This document shows, one piece after another, positions 40,626-55,299 of a DNA stretch of 64,000 nucleotides. Location of the stretch: the NCBI GenBank assembly GCA_951406725.2, contig OX597814.1, positions 74,028,001-74,092,000 on the forward strand, read 5' to 3'. Position 1 is the stretch's first letter. Each line of letters begins with the position of its first letter. This DNA is from Octopus vulgaris (lineage: Eukaryota). The notes beneath the pieces were generated by a model. That model saw nothing but the letters and a program-made list of their open reading frames with translations. It was not told where the DNA came from and did not search any database. The position numbers and the translations under genes were made by a program.

Positions 40626-43600
40626 TGTAAAAGCGTGAGTGCTTAAAGGAAATAGTTGACGGGTGTTAGCTTTACCGTGTTGGTTTATTGTGTTAGCTCG
40701 ACGTGTGTTGGTTTAACAGTCGATAGTTGAACAGTGAATACAGCGTATCGTACCTACTGCGTCTCACTCGAGTAGTACGAAGTGCATTCTATGTTAACAT
40801 ATTTCTGCAATAAGCTATTTTTAGATACCCACAACCAACTATTCATTTGTGCAACATCATTTTACACCAGACGTGTATACCCACGTCATTACATTTTTGG
40901 CGACGAGATTATTCAAAGCTCATGCTGGACCGACTTTTGCTTGAACATGGAAGGTTCACTAGCTTCGGTAATTCAATTACAGAAACAACAACAGCAGCAA
41001 CAACTGCAACAACAGCAGCAGTGGAGGCACAATGGCCCAGTGGTCAGGGCAGCGGACTCGCGGTCGTAAGAACGCGGTTTCGATTCCCAGACCGGACATT
41101 GTGAGTGTTTATTGAGCAAAAACACCTAAGTTCCACGAGGCTACGGCGGGGGTGGTGGTGGTGAACCCCGCTGTACTCTTTCACCACAACTTTCTCTCAC
41201 TCTTTCTTCCTACTTCTGCCACAAAGCAGAGGAACCATAGTGTAACTCACTATGATGTGGTAAAACTTTCAGACCCTAGTCTAGATTGCGAATCCTCTGT
41301 ACCCCATGATGGCTCAGCTCTCCACCCGTTAAAAGCCACCGTTTACGGAATGAGGATAACAACGTAGCTTTCGCGCCCGTGCAACCGCCAGTCTATCGAG
41401 TGTGGTTGGTGGATCTTCAAGTTACCACACGCATTCTTAGTAGCTTAGAGTAGGCTCGAATTAGAGATTATTCTTTGTGGCTAATGAAGTGAGTCCAGAT
41501 TTGAAGAAGAAGAAGAAGAAGAAGACAACAGCAGCTGTTGGAATTTCAGAAGCAACAGCAACTGGTACATAAAGAAACAGAAAATACATCTAGTTCTTTC
41601 ACCCCTGACACGGTCGCAACTCGATCGGAGAATTCGCATATAAAGAGTACTACTTTCTCTGTTCACTTTAGAAGGTATGAGGAGATTTTTAGAGAAGAAT
41701 GCTGCGACTGGCAAGACAAGAAAAAAGTTTAACTTTTGTTGAGAAAGTTAGCCCCGGCCGAACATGAGAAATATTGAAATTACATATTGCCTAAGAAACG
41801 GGGTGAAATCTGCTATGAAGAAACGTTGAATATTCTATCAAAGATCTTCAGAGAAAAAGGCTCTTTATCTAATATACGCTGGCAATACATGAATATTACA
41901 AAAAAGAGAACGAAGATTTTTTACATACGCTGGGATCATTAATAGAGAATGCAAGAGATTTAAAATTAATGAAGTAACACCAAATATGCTTAAATGCTTA
42001 ATTTTCGTGCAAGGTTTAACGGCAAAGAAAGATGGGGAAATTCGTATCCTAATTCTGACAAAATTAGAACAGAATCAGAATCTAACATTACAAGAAATAT
42101 CTAAGAAATGCCAGAGAATAATAAATCTAAGGCATGATACAGAACAAATTGAAGTGAGAAACTGCTTTCATATGCAGTCGGTGCGACCGAAAGTAAGAAA
42201 TGAAAAGTAGAAAATTAACCCGTGTTTTGGATGAGGAGAATTATACTATAGATTCAACTGTCCTTATAAAAATCTAAAATGCTTCAAGCATGGTAAAAAA
42301 GGTTATAAAAACCACATTGTGAAACAAAACCTAGAAAACGGTTCATCAGAAAAAATTATGTAAACAGTTTATCGGTGATAGGAAATACAAACGAGACTCA
42401 AAGGAAATTTGTGTATGTAAAAATTAATAATACAAATGTAAAATTACAATTAGATACAGGCACTGACTTCACTTTAATTAATGAAAACACATAGAGAACA
42501 ATCGGGAAACCTACACTACAGGAAACCTCGAAGATTGCACGAGGTAAAATAAACTTCATTACCTGCTTTCAAACCCAAACGTAATGTATCGTTTGCATCA
42601 CTGGAACAGTTGAATAAGGAATTAGACAGACTGGAATAAACGGGAGTGATTGAAAACATCGACTAACCAGATTGGGTGTCTCTAACAGTGTATGTAAAAA
42701 AGAACAATAAAATTCGTGTATGTGCAGATTTCTCGACAGGACTAAACGAATGTTTAAGACAGTATAACTACCCATTACCTAGCCCAGAGGAAATATTATC
42801 GAAGCTAAATGGTGGTAAATTGTTCTCGAAATTAGGTCTTAGAAATACAAGTAGAAGACGAATGTACTAAGCTGTTAACAATTAATACCTATAAAGGTCT
42901 GTACAAATTTAACCGGCTCCCGTTTGGCATATAAGTTGCTCCGGCTATATCCCAACAAGTGAAGGATACGGTGCTTGCAGAGTGTGACTTCGTGATGGCC
43001 TACCTGGATGATATATTAATTAAAAATGAATGCCGTGATCAACATGTCGAGCATGTGAAATGTGTTTTTCAAAAATAAAAGATTACGGTTTCAAACTGGG
43101 TGAGGAGAAATGTGAGAATTTTTTTGCCTAAAATTAAGTACTTTGAACAAATTTTTGATAAAGATAGTCGTCGACCAGATACGTCGAGGGCAAATGCGAT
43201 TAAAAATATATACCCCCTCTGATAAATATATCTATCTTACAAATTTTTTGGGGGCTTGCAAACTATTATCCGATTTATAGACTAAATACGCACAGGTAAG
43301 AGCTCCATTAAATAATTTACTAAAAAAAAAAAAGATGTAAAATGGAATTGGTGTCAAAATTGTCAGAAGGTGTTCCACGAAATTAAAAAGATATTAACGT
43401 CAGATTGGTCATTTACACATTTTGATCCTGCATTGGAGTATTAGCTTCAAATGCCAGTGAGTAGAGTATTGGAGCAGTAATTCAACATAAATACAAGGAA
43501 GGTAACATGAAGACCGTGGCCCATGATTCGTGTTTGCTACCAGCAGAGAAAAATTACAGCCAAATTGAAAAAGAGGCTCTAGCGATTATTTTCGCCGTAA

Positions 43601-45231
43601 AATAATTTCATAGATTCTTACCTGGTAGATGTTTTCGACTACAGACTGACCATCGTCAGTTATTATCTATATATGGGACTTGCAACGCTGGGGTACTATA
43701 TTACTAAATTATGATTTCAAGATGGAGTTTATACTATCCAAGAAATTAGGACACGCTGATTGTTTATCAAGATTGATATAAAAAAATACTGAACCGTTTG
43801 AGGATACTGTGATCGCAGCGTTGCGAGCAGAAAAAGAAATTAAAAGTATTTTATGTAATGTTGTACGAGAATTACCAGTTACATTAGAAGAAATCAAACT
43901 AAAAGCGGAAAATGATAAATTTATTAAGAAAAAAATTGGAAGGAATTCCGAATGTTGAAAAAAGAGAAATCAAATATATGTTTTGCAAAACGCAGCACGA
44001 ATTCGAACTTGTTCTCAATTAGTGATAATGTGCTAATGTACGTACGAAGAGTGGTAGTGCTGCCCACACCACAGAAATGAATACTAAAAGAATTTCACAT
44101 TGGTCAAGAATGAAGTCGTTGATGAGAAGCTATCTGTATTGGCTAAGAATGGACAGAAAGATTGAAGAATTAGTGAGAGCATACAGAGGCTGTGCTCTAA
44201 CAACAGAATCACCTACCACAAAATGGTAACAATGGCCAAAAATAGATATTTCATGGTCCAGACTGCATGTTGATTTCGCAGGTCCACTTAACGATTCACA
44301 CTACCTTGTTGTGGTTGACAGTTTTTCTAAGTGGCCTGAATTACATAAGTGTGAAAAACCAACGTCTTCGATTACAGTAAGTTTTTACATGAATTGTTCA
44401 CCAGATATGGTATTCCTGATACCATTGTGTCTGACAATGGAACTCAGTTTACTACAAATGAGTTCGAAATATTCTGTAAAATGTTCTGTATCAAATATGT
44501 GACCACTCTGCCGTATCATCCTAGGTCAAATGAACAAGCGGAGCGTTTTGTCAGTATATTTAAGAGGGCTTTAAAGAAAATGAACAACGAAATAATGGAT
44601 GATCTAGCACTTCAACAGTTTTTGAGGGTATATCGAGTGACACAAAAATCCCAATACCCCGTCTAGAATGTCACTTGCAGAATTAATGTTCGCTAGAAAG
44701 ATTAGATCAGTGTTCAACAAGTTGTTACCGGGTGAAAAAAATATAGAAAAATATCGGACAATAGATATAATACAAAATTTTTCAAAATTGATGACGAAGT
44801 TTTCTTTAAAATGTATAAAAACGGCAAAGAAATGTGGGAAGACGGAGTGATTACTAAAAAGATTGGAAAAGTGCTATTTTTGGTAAAAGATCATAACTAA
44901 GAACATAAGAGACATATAAATCAACTAAAAATAGGGTTTACTGAGTCAACGGCCACAAGAAACGAAAATCTGGTGGAAGTCTTTTATGATACATTTGATG
45001 TGCTAACACACCTAAACAAACCGTGTTGGTTTACCGTGTTAGTTCGATGTGTGTTGGTTTAACAGTCGGTAGTTGAACAGTGAATACTGCATATCGTACC
45101 TACTGCGTGTGGTTCGAGTAGTATGGAGTGCGTTCTGTGTTAACGTATATTTCTGCGATAGGTTATTTTCTAGATAACCTATCTATTTATTTGTGTAATA
45201 CCATTTTACACCAAATGTGTATACCCACATT

Positions 45232-45237
<6 letters not shown>
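40626..45237 (+). mobile_element. Decayed near-full-length Gypsy LTR retrotransposon
   Basis: 5' LTR TGTAA...TTACA at 40626-40893 and PBS tggcgacgag. Protease LDTG (about 42450), RT YLDD (about 43000), RNase H and integrase (VSDNGTQF, ERFV) follow. A 5'-truncated 3' LTR lies at 45021-45237. Confidence 0.9.
41021..41215 (+). mobile_element. SINE nested in the Gypsy element
   Basis: Same head as 14886-15190. Confidence 0.85.
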
Positions 45238-45272
<35 letters not shown>

Positions 45273-45558
45273 ATACTTGAACCAACAAGAAAGCTTTAAC
45301 GTGAGAGTTACAAGTATTAGATGTAGCGGCTAACTCTTTCTGAAATCACATCTTTCTGTCTAATGTTACTTTGATACAATATCCGGGTATTGAGGGTACT
45401 GTACTTGTACTATAATAAACACAGTATAATCTCTACTTGCTAATAGCAGGTTATTTGGACTGTGACGACTCCGAATGGCATGCTAACATTAGTGATACAC
45501 AATTTCGTGTGAAAAAATGTTGCTTGAATATGGTTACAAATATCACTCTTGTGCTCCC

Positions 45559-45624
<66 letters not shown>

Positions 45625-45899
45625 TGTGTGAGTTCTTGTATGTGTGATTGTGTGTGTGCAGTTATGTAACAAAAGAAAGTTAGTAAAGCTCTAAACGTTA
45701 TACTATGGAAATATTTATATATCAAGTTTTGATTGGATAAGTTTGAAGCAAAAAATATTGGTTAGTCATATAACTGATTCATATATAATAAATAAATGAT
45801 GAGAGGGAGGATTTTCCGGTTAGAGAAGAACAAAGACTTTATATATATATATATAAATGTATGTGTGTGTGTGTGTGTTATGTTAATAATACTAAAAAA

Positions 45900-46680
45900 G
45901 AGCAGCTGATGTCATCAGACGGCATCTAACGTTCATCGGGGGTTTCGACCCTGAACCGTAACATCCTTCCTTTGGTGGGTCAGCAAAGGTGGCCAAATGA
46001 CTGCTCCTCATCTCCTGGCTTCCAGCTTAACTCATCTCTCTTGTTCTATAACCAGCAAGAAGCTCTTTCAGCTGCCTCTTCCATCCTGCGCACAGCCACC
46101 CTTCGCTCTTTTCATTTCATTGCAAAGGCTGTAAGCATCCTCCATGCCGACTGAGCAGCGAACCTCGACTGGGAAAAGCCATAACTGCCATCCTTTCTTC
46201 TTGCAGAAGGCTCTCATATTTGGCACGCTTCCGTTCATGGGTCCCAACACAACCCTTTTTCCACGAGACTGTAAGCTCAATTAAGATCGTTTTCTTGATC
46301 TTTTTTGAACACACAAACCACATCTGCTTTCAGGGTTGTATGGGTGGCCTGTGGAAACTGCAGTCTCTCCTCCAAGTCTACTTCCATATCCCATGATTGG
46401 AATCCATGCAGCAAGCTATGAGATGTGTCAACTGACTTTACTGGCCTCTCTCTTTCTTTCACAAAATTAATTGCACCTGTTGCTTTCCTCTGATCATGAT
46501 GTCTCTTGAGCGTTTCTTGCTCTAGGGTGTGAGCAAGTGTTGCAAGCACCCTATCATGGCGTTATTTGCATCTTCTTTGAGAAAGTGCTATTCTGCATCC
46601 AAACAAGATGTGTACCAATGTGCCCCTTTCTCCACAAAGTCTACACAGATAGTCTTCTTTCACACACCTGGTCTTACCAT
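45900..46680 (-). mobile_element. HERO/NeSL-like RLE LINE 3' fragment
   Basis: Motifs [39 protein letters not shown] and FPVEV. Confidence 0.75.
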
Positions 46681-46700
46681 GATTTCTAGCATGGATTAAA

Positions 46701-46872
<172 letters not shown>

Positions 46873-47332
46873 TGTATGTATGTATTATTATTATTATTAT
46901 TATTATTGCTGTTATTATCAATGATCTATATTGCTCCCGATAATAATAGCAATAATAATATCTATATATATATTGACTTCTGAATATTTGCTCCGTATTG
47001 TACATTTCACACCGAAGCTGTTCTGATTTGGCGCAAAACAATTCAGAGGGCCAGCAGATTTCAACGTAACGGGTTGGGCAGATTTTTCAAATGGTTGACA
47101 TGTGCTGATGAAGCTAACATTTATTTCAAACCAGAAACCGGTCCACATGTATACTGATACCATGAAATATAAAGCATTCTGCTATATAGGTATGTCAAAA
47201 AATTTTTTTCGATCCGTTTGGTCGAATACTGTTGCTTTCTGTTGTTATTTTCTCTGTTATTATTGGTGGTTTAATGAGGGTTTTAACTCTTATGTTTAGC
47301 AGGCAGGCACATTCGTGTACTCTTATCATATG

Positions 47333-47334
<2 letters not shown>

Positions 47335-47410
<76 letters not shown>

Positions 47411-47994
47411 ATATATGTATGTATGTATGTATATATATGTATGTATGTATGTATATATATGTATGTATGTATGTATATATATATATGTATGTATGTATGT
47501 ATATATATGTATGTATGTATGTATATATATGTATGTATGTATGTATATATATATATGTATGTATGTATATATATATATGTATGTATATATATATATGTAT
47601 GTATGTATATATATATATGTATGTATGTATGTATATATATATATGTATGTATGTATATATATATATGTATTTATGTATATATATATATATGTATGTATGT
47701 ATATGTATGTATGTATATATATATATGTATGTATATATATATGTATGTATGTATATATATATGTATGTATGTATATATATATGTATGTATATATATATAT
47801 GTATGTATATATATATGTATGTATATATATATATGTATGTATATATATATATATGTATGTATATATATATGTATGTATATATATATATGTGTATATATAT
47901 ATATGTATATATATATATGTATGTATATATATATATGCATGTATATATATATATGTATATATATATATGTATGTATATATATATATGATGTATA

Positions 47995-48036
<42 letters not shown>

Positions 48037-48114
48037 GTATGTATATATATATATGTATGTATATATATATATGTATGTATATATATATTGTATATATATA
48101 TATGTGTGTATATA

Positions 48115-48155
<41 letters not shown>

Positions 48156-48180
48156 ATATATATATATATATACATACATA
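47335..48180. repeat. ~850-bp compound (TA)n/(TATG)n microsatellite
   Basis: Directly visible. It is the source of the spurious YI/MYV ORFs, and many shorter TA, CA, GA, TAA and TATC tracts occur throughout the window. Confidence 0.98.
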
Positions 48181-48182
48181 TA

Positions 48183-48600
48183 GGCGCAGGAGTAGCTGTG
48201 TGGTAAGTAGCTTGCTAACCAACCACATGGTTCCAGGTTCAGTCCCACTGCGTGGCATCTTGGGCAAGTGTCTTCTGCTATAGCCCCGGGCCAACCAATG
48301 CCTTGTGAGTGGATTTGGTAGACGGAAACTGAAAGAAGCCTGTCGTATATATGTATATATATATAAGTGTGTGTGTATATGTTTGTGTGTCTGTGTTTGT
48401 CCCCCTAGCATTGCTTGACAACCGATGCTGGTGTGTTTACGTCCCCGTCACTTAGCGGTTCGGCAAAAGAGACCGATAGAATAAGTACTTGGCTTACAAA
48501 GAATAAGTCCCGGGGTCGATTTGCTCGACTAAAGGCGGTGCTCCAGCATGGCCGCAGTCAAATGACTGAAACAAGTAAAAGAGTAAAAGAGTAAAGAGTA
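48183..48600 (+). mobile_element. tRNA-derived SINE (third family)
   Basis: Head ggcgcaggagtagctgtgtggtaag...ggttcagtccc with an (aaaagagt)n tail. Further copies at about 51045-51430 (minus) and 51850-52010 (plus). Confidence 0.85.
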
Positions 48601-48618
48601 TATATATATGTATATATA

Positions 48619-49901
48619 CGAGGGGCGTTCAATAAGTAACGCCCCTGACCCACTTCCCATAGCAGTAGAGCAACGAAACTTGGCACATTTATTAGTCTTT
48701 TTCTACATAGGAACCATCCAGAGTTACGCGTTTCTCCCATCGTTTGATGCAGCTTTGGAGACCATTTTTGTAGAAGACCCCAGCTTGGTCCTCCAACTAC
48801 GACGTGACTTCAGAAATCAAGGCTGCATCATCTGGGAAACGCTTTCCTTTCAAAAACAACTTCATGGCTGGGAAGAGGTGAAAATCAGAGGGTGCAAGGT
48901 CAGGAGAGTAGGGGGGATGGGGGAGGAGTTCATAGCCGCACGCCTGTGCTTCTGATCTGGCGAGACGCGAGTTGTGGACCGGAGCGTTGTCCTGCAGGAG
49001 GAGGATGCCTTTGCTGATCTTGCCCCGCCTCTTGATTTTGATAGCTTCTCTTAATTTCCTCAAAAGTGAAGGATAATAGGCTCCTGTAATTGTGGTACCC
49101 TTTCCCAGGAAATCTGTCATCACTACTCCGTCCTGGTCCCAGAAGACTGTGAGCATGACCTTGCCAGCGGAGGGCTGAACCCTTGCCTTCTTTGGAGGTG
49201 GTGAGTCACGGTGCTTCCACTGCATTGACTGGGCTTTGGTCTCTGAATCATAGTGATGGACCCAGGTTTCATCCTGTGTAATCAGTCTTTTGAAAAATTT
49301 TGACTCATCTTCTTGGCACATCTCCAAATTCATCCTCGAGCACTCGACGCGTTCTTGCTTCTGGAAAGGTGTGAGCAGCCTGGGAATCCATCTGGCAGAC
49401 ACCTTTTGCATATGCAAATGGTCATGAATGATAGTTTCCACAGACCCGGTACTAATCTTGACCTCATGGGCTATTTGGCGAATAGTTATGCGTCGATCTT
49501 CCAAAATCGCAGCCTCAACTTGACGGACAGATGCCTCATCAATGGCAGAAGGGGGGCGACCAGATCTGGGAGCTGTTTCCACAGAGTTCCGACCATGTTT
49601 GAATTCACGATGCCAGCGTTTTACAAGGTCATATGATGGGGCATCATCACCATAAGTTACTTTCATTTCATCAAAAGTCTCCCGTGGTATGCGTCCTTTC
49701 AAATACAAAAACCGGACCACTGCTCGACACTCAACAGGCTCCATTTCACACTTGACTCAGTTCAAACACCTGTAAATCGGAAACCACAGAGCTGTAATTC
49801 GCTATTTAATCTATAAAGATTTGAATAATTGCACATGCAAAATTTCAGCTAGATCAAACAACTGCAAGTGGGTCAGGGACATTACTTATTGAAGGTCCCT
49901 C

Positions 49902-49902
<1 letters not shown>
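48619..49902 (-). mobile_element. Full-length mariner (DD34D) transposon
   Basis: 1284 bp with ~37-bp imperfect TIRs (cgaggggcgttcaataagtaa / ttacttattgaaggtccctcg), flanked by TA on both sides. Confidence 0.95.
48692..49744 (-). pseudogene. Mariner transposase, 350 aa with one internal TAG
   Basis: Motifs WIPRLL, DETW, QDNA-34aa-D and YSPDLAPSD. After the TAG at 48799-48797 the frame continues LEDQ...KRWEKRVTLDGSYVEKD*. Confidence 0.92.
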
Positions 49903-49946
<44 letters not shown>

Positions 49947-49952
<6 letters not shown>

Positions 49953-50890
49953 TAATTATGCTGCATTTATTTCTAAATGCTGTATTTGTTTTCCGTGAAA
50001 GTTTGCCGCGCTGTTAGTTGGGGCATTTGAATTATAACGTCGGATGTAATCAATTGAACCACACGCGTATTTATCGTTATGGTAAAATCTGGCGTGTGAT
50101 TGAGTGGATTTCATCCAGATAGTTCTGGCTGACGAGCAGCAAATGGATTTTTTTTGTAAGTAAAATTACATTTAATTCATTAATAGCGAAACAATTGTCC
50201 CAAAATAATCTGTATTTTTGTTATTTTTTATTTGCCCTGTCCGTGTGAGCTAACAATCGTACTGACTTTCATGGGAAACATGTATTTTCGTGGTTGAAAC
50301 CTTTTGGATTAACTGGTGCTGGAGTGAGCCACATAGTGACCACTCTCTTATATTTATTTTGTAAAAATATTATAATATGTTATAAAATATTATAATAATC
50401 CAGGTTTCTCAGAGCACTAGGCCACTTGGTGTTGAATAGATATACTATTAAATTAGTATCTAATTCTCTCACCCTTATTAATTAATTATAATTATGCTGC
50501 ATTTATTTCTAAATGCTGTATTTGTTTTCCGTGAAAGTTTGCCGCGCTGTTAGTTGGGGCATTTGAATTATAACGTCGGATGTAATCAATTGAACCACAC
50601 GCGTATTTATCGTTATGGTAAAATCTGGCGTGTGATTGAGTGGATTTCATCCAGATAGTTCTGGCTGACGAGCTACAAATGGATTTTTTTTGTAAGTAAA
50701 ATTACATTTAATTCATTAATAGCAAAACAATTGTCCCAAAATAATCTGTATTTTTGTTATTTTTTATTTGCCCTGTCCGTGTGAGCTAACAATCGTACTG
50801 ACTTTCATGGGAAACATGTATTTTCGTGGTTGAAACCTTTTGGATTAACTGGTGCTGGAGTGAGCCACATAGTGACCACTCTCTTATATT

Positions 50891-50895
<5 letters not shown>
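49947..50895 (+). ncRNA. 536-bp tandem repeat, each unit with a minimal hammerhead motif
   Basis: tgg-CTGACGA-GC..GC-GAAA-C(AATT)G-TC-cca at 50126-50202. The second copy is 536 bp downstream and has GAAA changed to AAAA. Confidence 0.85.
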
Positions 50896-50922
<27 letters not shown>

Positions 50923-50969
50923 CTATATGTATATATATGTATATATATATATGTATATATATATATATG

Positions 50970-51036
<67 letters not shown>

Positions 51037-52604
51037 TGTATTATTTTTACTTGTTCCAGTAATTTAACAGCGGCCATGCTGGATCACCGCCTTTAGTTGA
51101 AAGAATCGACCCCAGGACTTATTTTTGGTAAGCCTAGTACTTATTTTATAGGTCTCTTATACCGAACCTCTAAGTTACGGGGACGTAAACACACCAACAT
51201 CGGTTGTCAAGCGACGGTGGGGGAGGGTCAAACATAATAACACACACACACACACACACGTACACACACATATGTATATATGTATGTATATACGACGGGC
51301 TACTTTCAGTTTCCGTCTACCAAGTCTTTGGTCGGCCCGAGGCTATAGTAGAAGACACTTGCCCAAGGTGCCACGCAGTGAGACTGAACCCGGAAACATG
51401 TGGTTGGGAAGCAAGCCTCTCACCACACACCCACAAAAATTTTGTGATTAATTCACTAGATTGTTTTGTAACCAAAATCTCGAAACGCTCTTAGTTCTTG
51501 ATTCATTATAAAATCCTGAAGTATACTATAGATCCCACTTCAAAGCGCCTTCTATACAAAAGGGAGTTTGTTGGGTATCAGTGAGTTCGGTTGGGGTGAA
51601 GGGTGAAAAACAAGGCCGATTTACTATTATTATTTTCATTGCTGATCTTCATCTGTTTCTTTGGATTCAGGAGTTTACTTTCCAAGTCAGAAATAAGATG
51701 TTAGTCTCAAGATTTAAATAAAACGCTGATCTAAATCTTGAGGCAATTCAATAATTTTATTTCCTGGGTGTAAACGACTGCTTTGCTCTCTAGAACTGTT
51801 ATATTGAAGTTGATGACTGATATCCAAAATTGATTTATTAATATACCCGCTGCAAGCGTGACTGTGTAGTAAGAAGCTTACTACCCAACTGCACGGTCCC
51901 GGGTTCAGTCTCACAGCATATCACCTTGCCAAGTGTCTTCTACTATAGCCTCAGACCGACCAAAGCCTTGTGAGTGGATTTGGTAGACGGAAATTGAAAG
52001 AAACCAGTTGTATTTATACATACATACATACATACATACATACATACATACATACATACATACATACATCCTTTATCTTCAATCTGAAGAAATTAAATAT
52101 CTGTAATATTGAGTCATTTAAATAGACAAGCTTTCCTTACAAAAAAGGTCCAGCCCATTAGATCTCTACAATTAATTCAGATTATCACAGAATACTTCGA
52201 ATCCACTCTTCTCTAACAAGAATAGTTCTTTTAACTACAACAATTTTATTTGTGATGTATTCTTTTTTCCTTTCTAAATTTGTTTAAATAGTCAAACGCT
52301 CTGTTTATTTGGAATTAGTACGGTTCGGCTTCCGACCAAAATCTGCAAGCGAGCCAATAATTAAGTTTAAATTGGTTAATGATTGGCAGATGTCCATGCT
52401 ATGTCTGCTACTTGAAACCACGGTTGAACGAAACTAGAAGAAATAAATCTTTCCCCTTATAATATTACTGTACAGGCCAGCTTACAGCAAGGTGAGTGAT
52501 TCGGAAATATTTATGCATATTCTTACTTATAACATTCTTTTACACAAATTTATTCTTTCAAGTCAAAATATCGTCTTCAGATTGGTTGAGCCGAAAACAT
52601 GTCA

Positions 52605-52712
<108 letters not shown>

Positions 52713-52849
52713 ATATGTATATATGTGTGTGTGTGTGTATATGTATATATGTGTGTGTGTGTGTGTATATGTATATATATGCATGTATATATGTATATGT
52801 ATATGTATGTAATATAGTGTAATAATATAATGTAATATGTGCGTAAATA

Positions 52850-52890
<41 letters not shown>

Positions 52891-53642
52891 CAAAGGGACC
52901 ACGTGTATTTTGTGGCTAAGGGAGTCTACAACTCCTGTTTCTACCAATGCTGGTGTTCACTGCATCCTTTTCACTCTTAGTGACGGTGATTTATTTCTTT
53001 GGTGGTTTTGAAATTGCTGCTAACCACCTTGGTTATTATTTCAAACACACACACACACACACGCGCGCGCGCACACACACATATGTATGTGTGTATAGAA
53101 ATATATATATATGGGTGTGTGTGTGTGTATATAAAATGCTATATGCATGCATATACTTATATAAACATCTACTAAATGGTTATGTTATAGCTAATAAAAG
53201 TCATTTCCATTTAAAAATAAAACAGATGGTTCACGAAGGTTTCGGTCAATGACATTTCAGCTATAACTTTCCTATCATCTATTTTAAATACTAGGGCATT
53301 ACTTGTAGGGTATTTGACTGATATTCCTAGCAGGTCAAGCGATCTCGTAAACTATTTTGAGTAAACCTGGAATGTCGCAAGCGATATATTGTAGGAAATA
53401 GACGTATATGAACACGGATCGTGTCGAAGAGCAATGCATAAGCAATAATTCACCCAAGTGAGCAATACCTATCAGTTCTCAGCTTTTACACCACATAATG
53501 CCAGCTAAATAGTATATAACAACTTTTGAGCAACAAAAATAAAATCTTTCTACTTATACAGAATCACAAATATCCTTCCACTATTCACACACACACACAC
53601 TCACGCACTCATGTACACACACTCACGCACATACACGCACAC

Positions 53643-53682
<40 letters not shown>

Positions 53683-55299
53683 ACACACACACACGCGCGC
53701 ACAAGTATTTATTGCAAAAGCTTCTTCAATACTTCTTCAATCATTCCTTTAGTGTTCAGGAGTTTCACTTTGTCCCTGACCCTTCGGTCACGTTTACGGA
53801 TCCGCAGACGTCTGGATAGTGAGATATGAAAAGTATTAAAATGTCGTTTCTACCTTAATATAATAATTATATCAACATATAACTAAATTGGATTCTGCTT
53901 CGTGACTTTATCAGATTCTTATGTGTGTGTGCGTGTGTTTGTGTGTGCGTGCACGCGTGTGTGATGTACATATATATGTATGTATGCATGTATATGTGTA
54001 TGTGCGTGTGTATCTGTTACGCTGTGACCTTGACCTTCAACAATAGAACTGCACTCATCATCGACAGTTTTTCGCGTTGAAATATATTTGTGTAGATGTG
54101 TGTATGTGTGAGGGGTATACTAGAAATTAAATAGTTAACTTTGATACTTTCATTCCAAGAGTGTTTCTTTAACTTTCTTTGCTTTCCTTAAATTCTTTTA
54201 TAGAATACTATATTGTAACAATGCACAATGTCACCCTTTTTGCATAGCCTTTTCTCCACCACGGAAATAATTTATTATTGGTGTTCTTTATCCACTCTTT
54301 AGAAAACCTATTTTGTATTACTGTTCTTCTATCAGTATCTTAGCTCATAGAGTAGAAACTTTTGCTTAACCAGCAATACTAATTTTTATTATTGTCCATT
54401 ACTATACATAACGACCATTAGGAAAATAAAATAAACTGCACAAAGAGATAAACAAATTATCGTAAAAAAATAAAAAGTCGAAGAGAGAAGATTGTAAAAA
54501 GAGGGAAGATAATGAGACAAGAATTTGAGAACCTTACTGTGAGTGACATCAGCTGGGCCGATCTAATGAAGACCATCTTAGACACAATACTTGAAGAGAA
54601 ATCAATGTCGGATGACAGCAATTTGAGGGCACTAACGAAGACATTACTGCAAGAGTTTAAGAAGATGAGTTTCATTGTCTGTCAACTAGACTATTACCTA
54701 CTGCTAATCATAGAGTATTCTTTGTATAATTCACATGTATGATATCTGTGTTTAAACTAGCCATCGGATGTGCATTATACCACATTTGAATGAACAGACT
54801 CTGATATTTTCACAGAATCTGTTTGTAAGTAGAATAGGTTGTCTAAATATTTGCAATGCTAATTTTTATAGACTTATCAGTAAAACATTTCTCTAAGTTA
54901 TTAGTTAAATATAGCTTCAACCAAATTATTTTGATTCCAGCATCCTTTGATATTTTTTAGGTATTTTTGAAGACATAGAAATCTGAAAAAGAAAAGTGAT
55001 TTAAATTTACTTATGTCAATTACACCAAATATAAACATGTCTCATTTTCTTTCAATTAAAGTATTTGGTTGTTGAGCACAATGTTTAAAAAAATTCATTA
55101 TAGGTGACTGTTATAATACAAGATAAAAACTATAACATGAAATTTATTGTATATTTCCAATAGTTAACTTTCATTGTTGAGATTTACACTTTTCGTGTTA
55201 TCGGAGTATATATGATGAATGGGAATAAATATATAATTTCCTATCTCTCTATATCTGTAATTGTATGCTTGCATACGTTACTAATACTAAAGTGTACAC

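Noticed and set aside
47283-48411. Long YI/MYV/HT-rich ORFs here and elsewhere
   Set aside because: They are translations of stop-free TA, TATG and CA microsatellites.
49313-49636. Plus-strand ORFs over the mariner, and 21517-22200 over the Helitron
   Set aside because: They are antisense shadows of transposon coding sequence.
54437-54742. Protein-looking ORF (MRQEFENLTV...)
   Set aside because: No recognisable domain or splice context. Left unassigned, probably TE debris.
54698-54983. Strong minus-strand acceptor at about 54984
   Set aside because: All three frames hit stops quickly. A non-coding exon cannot be excluded but is unsupported.
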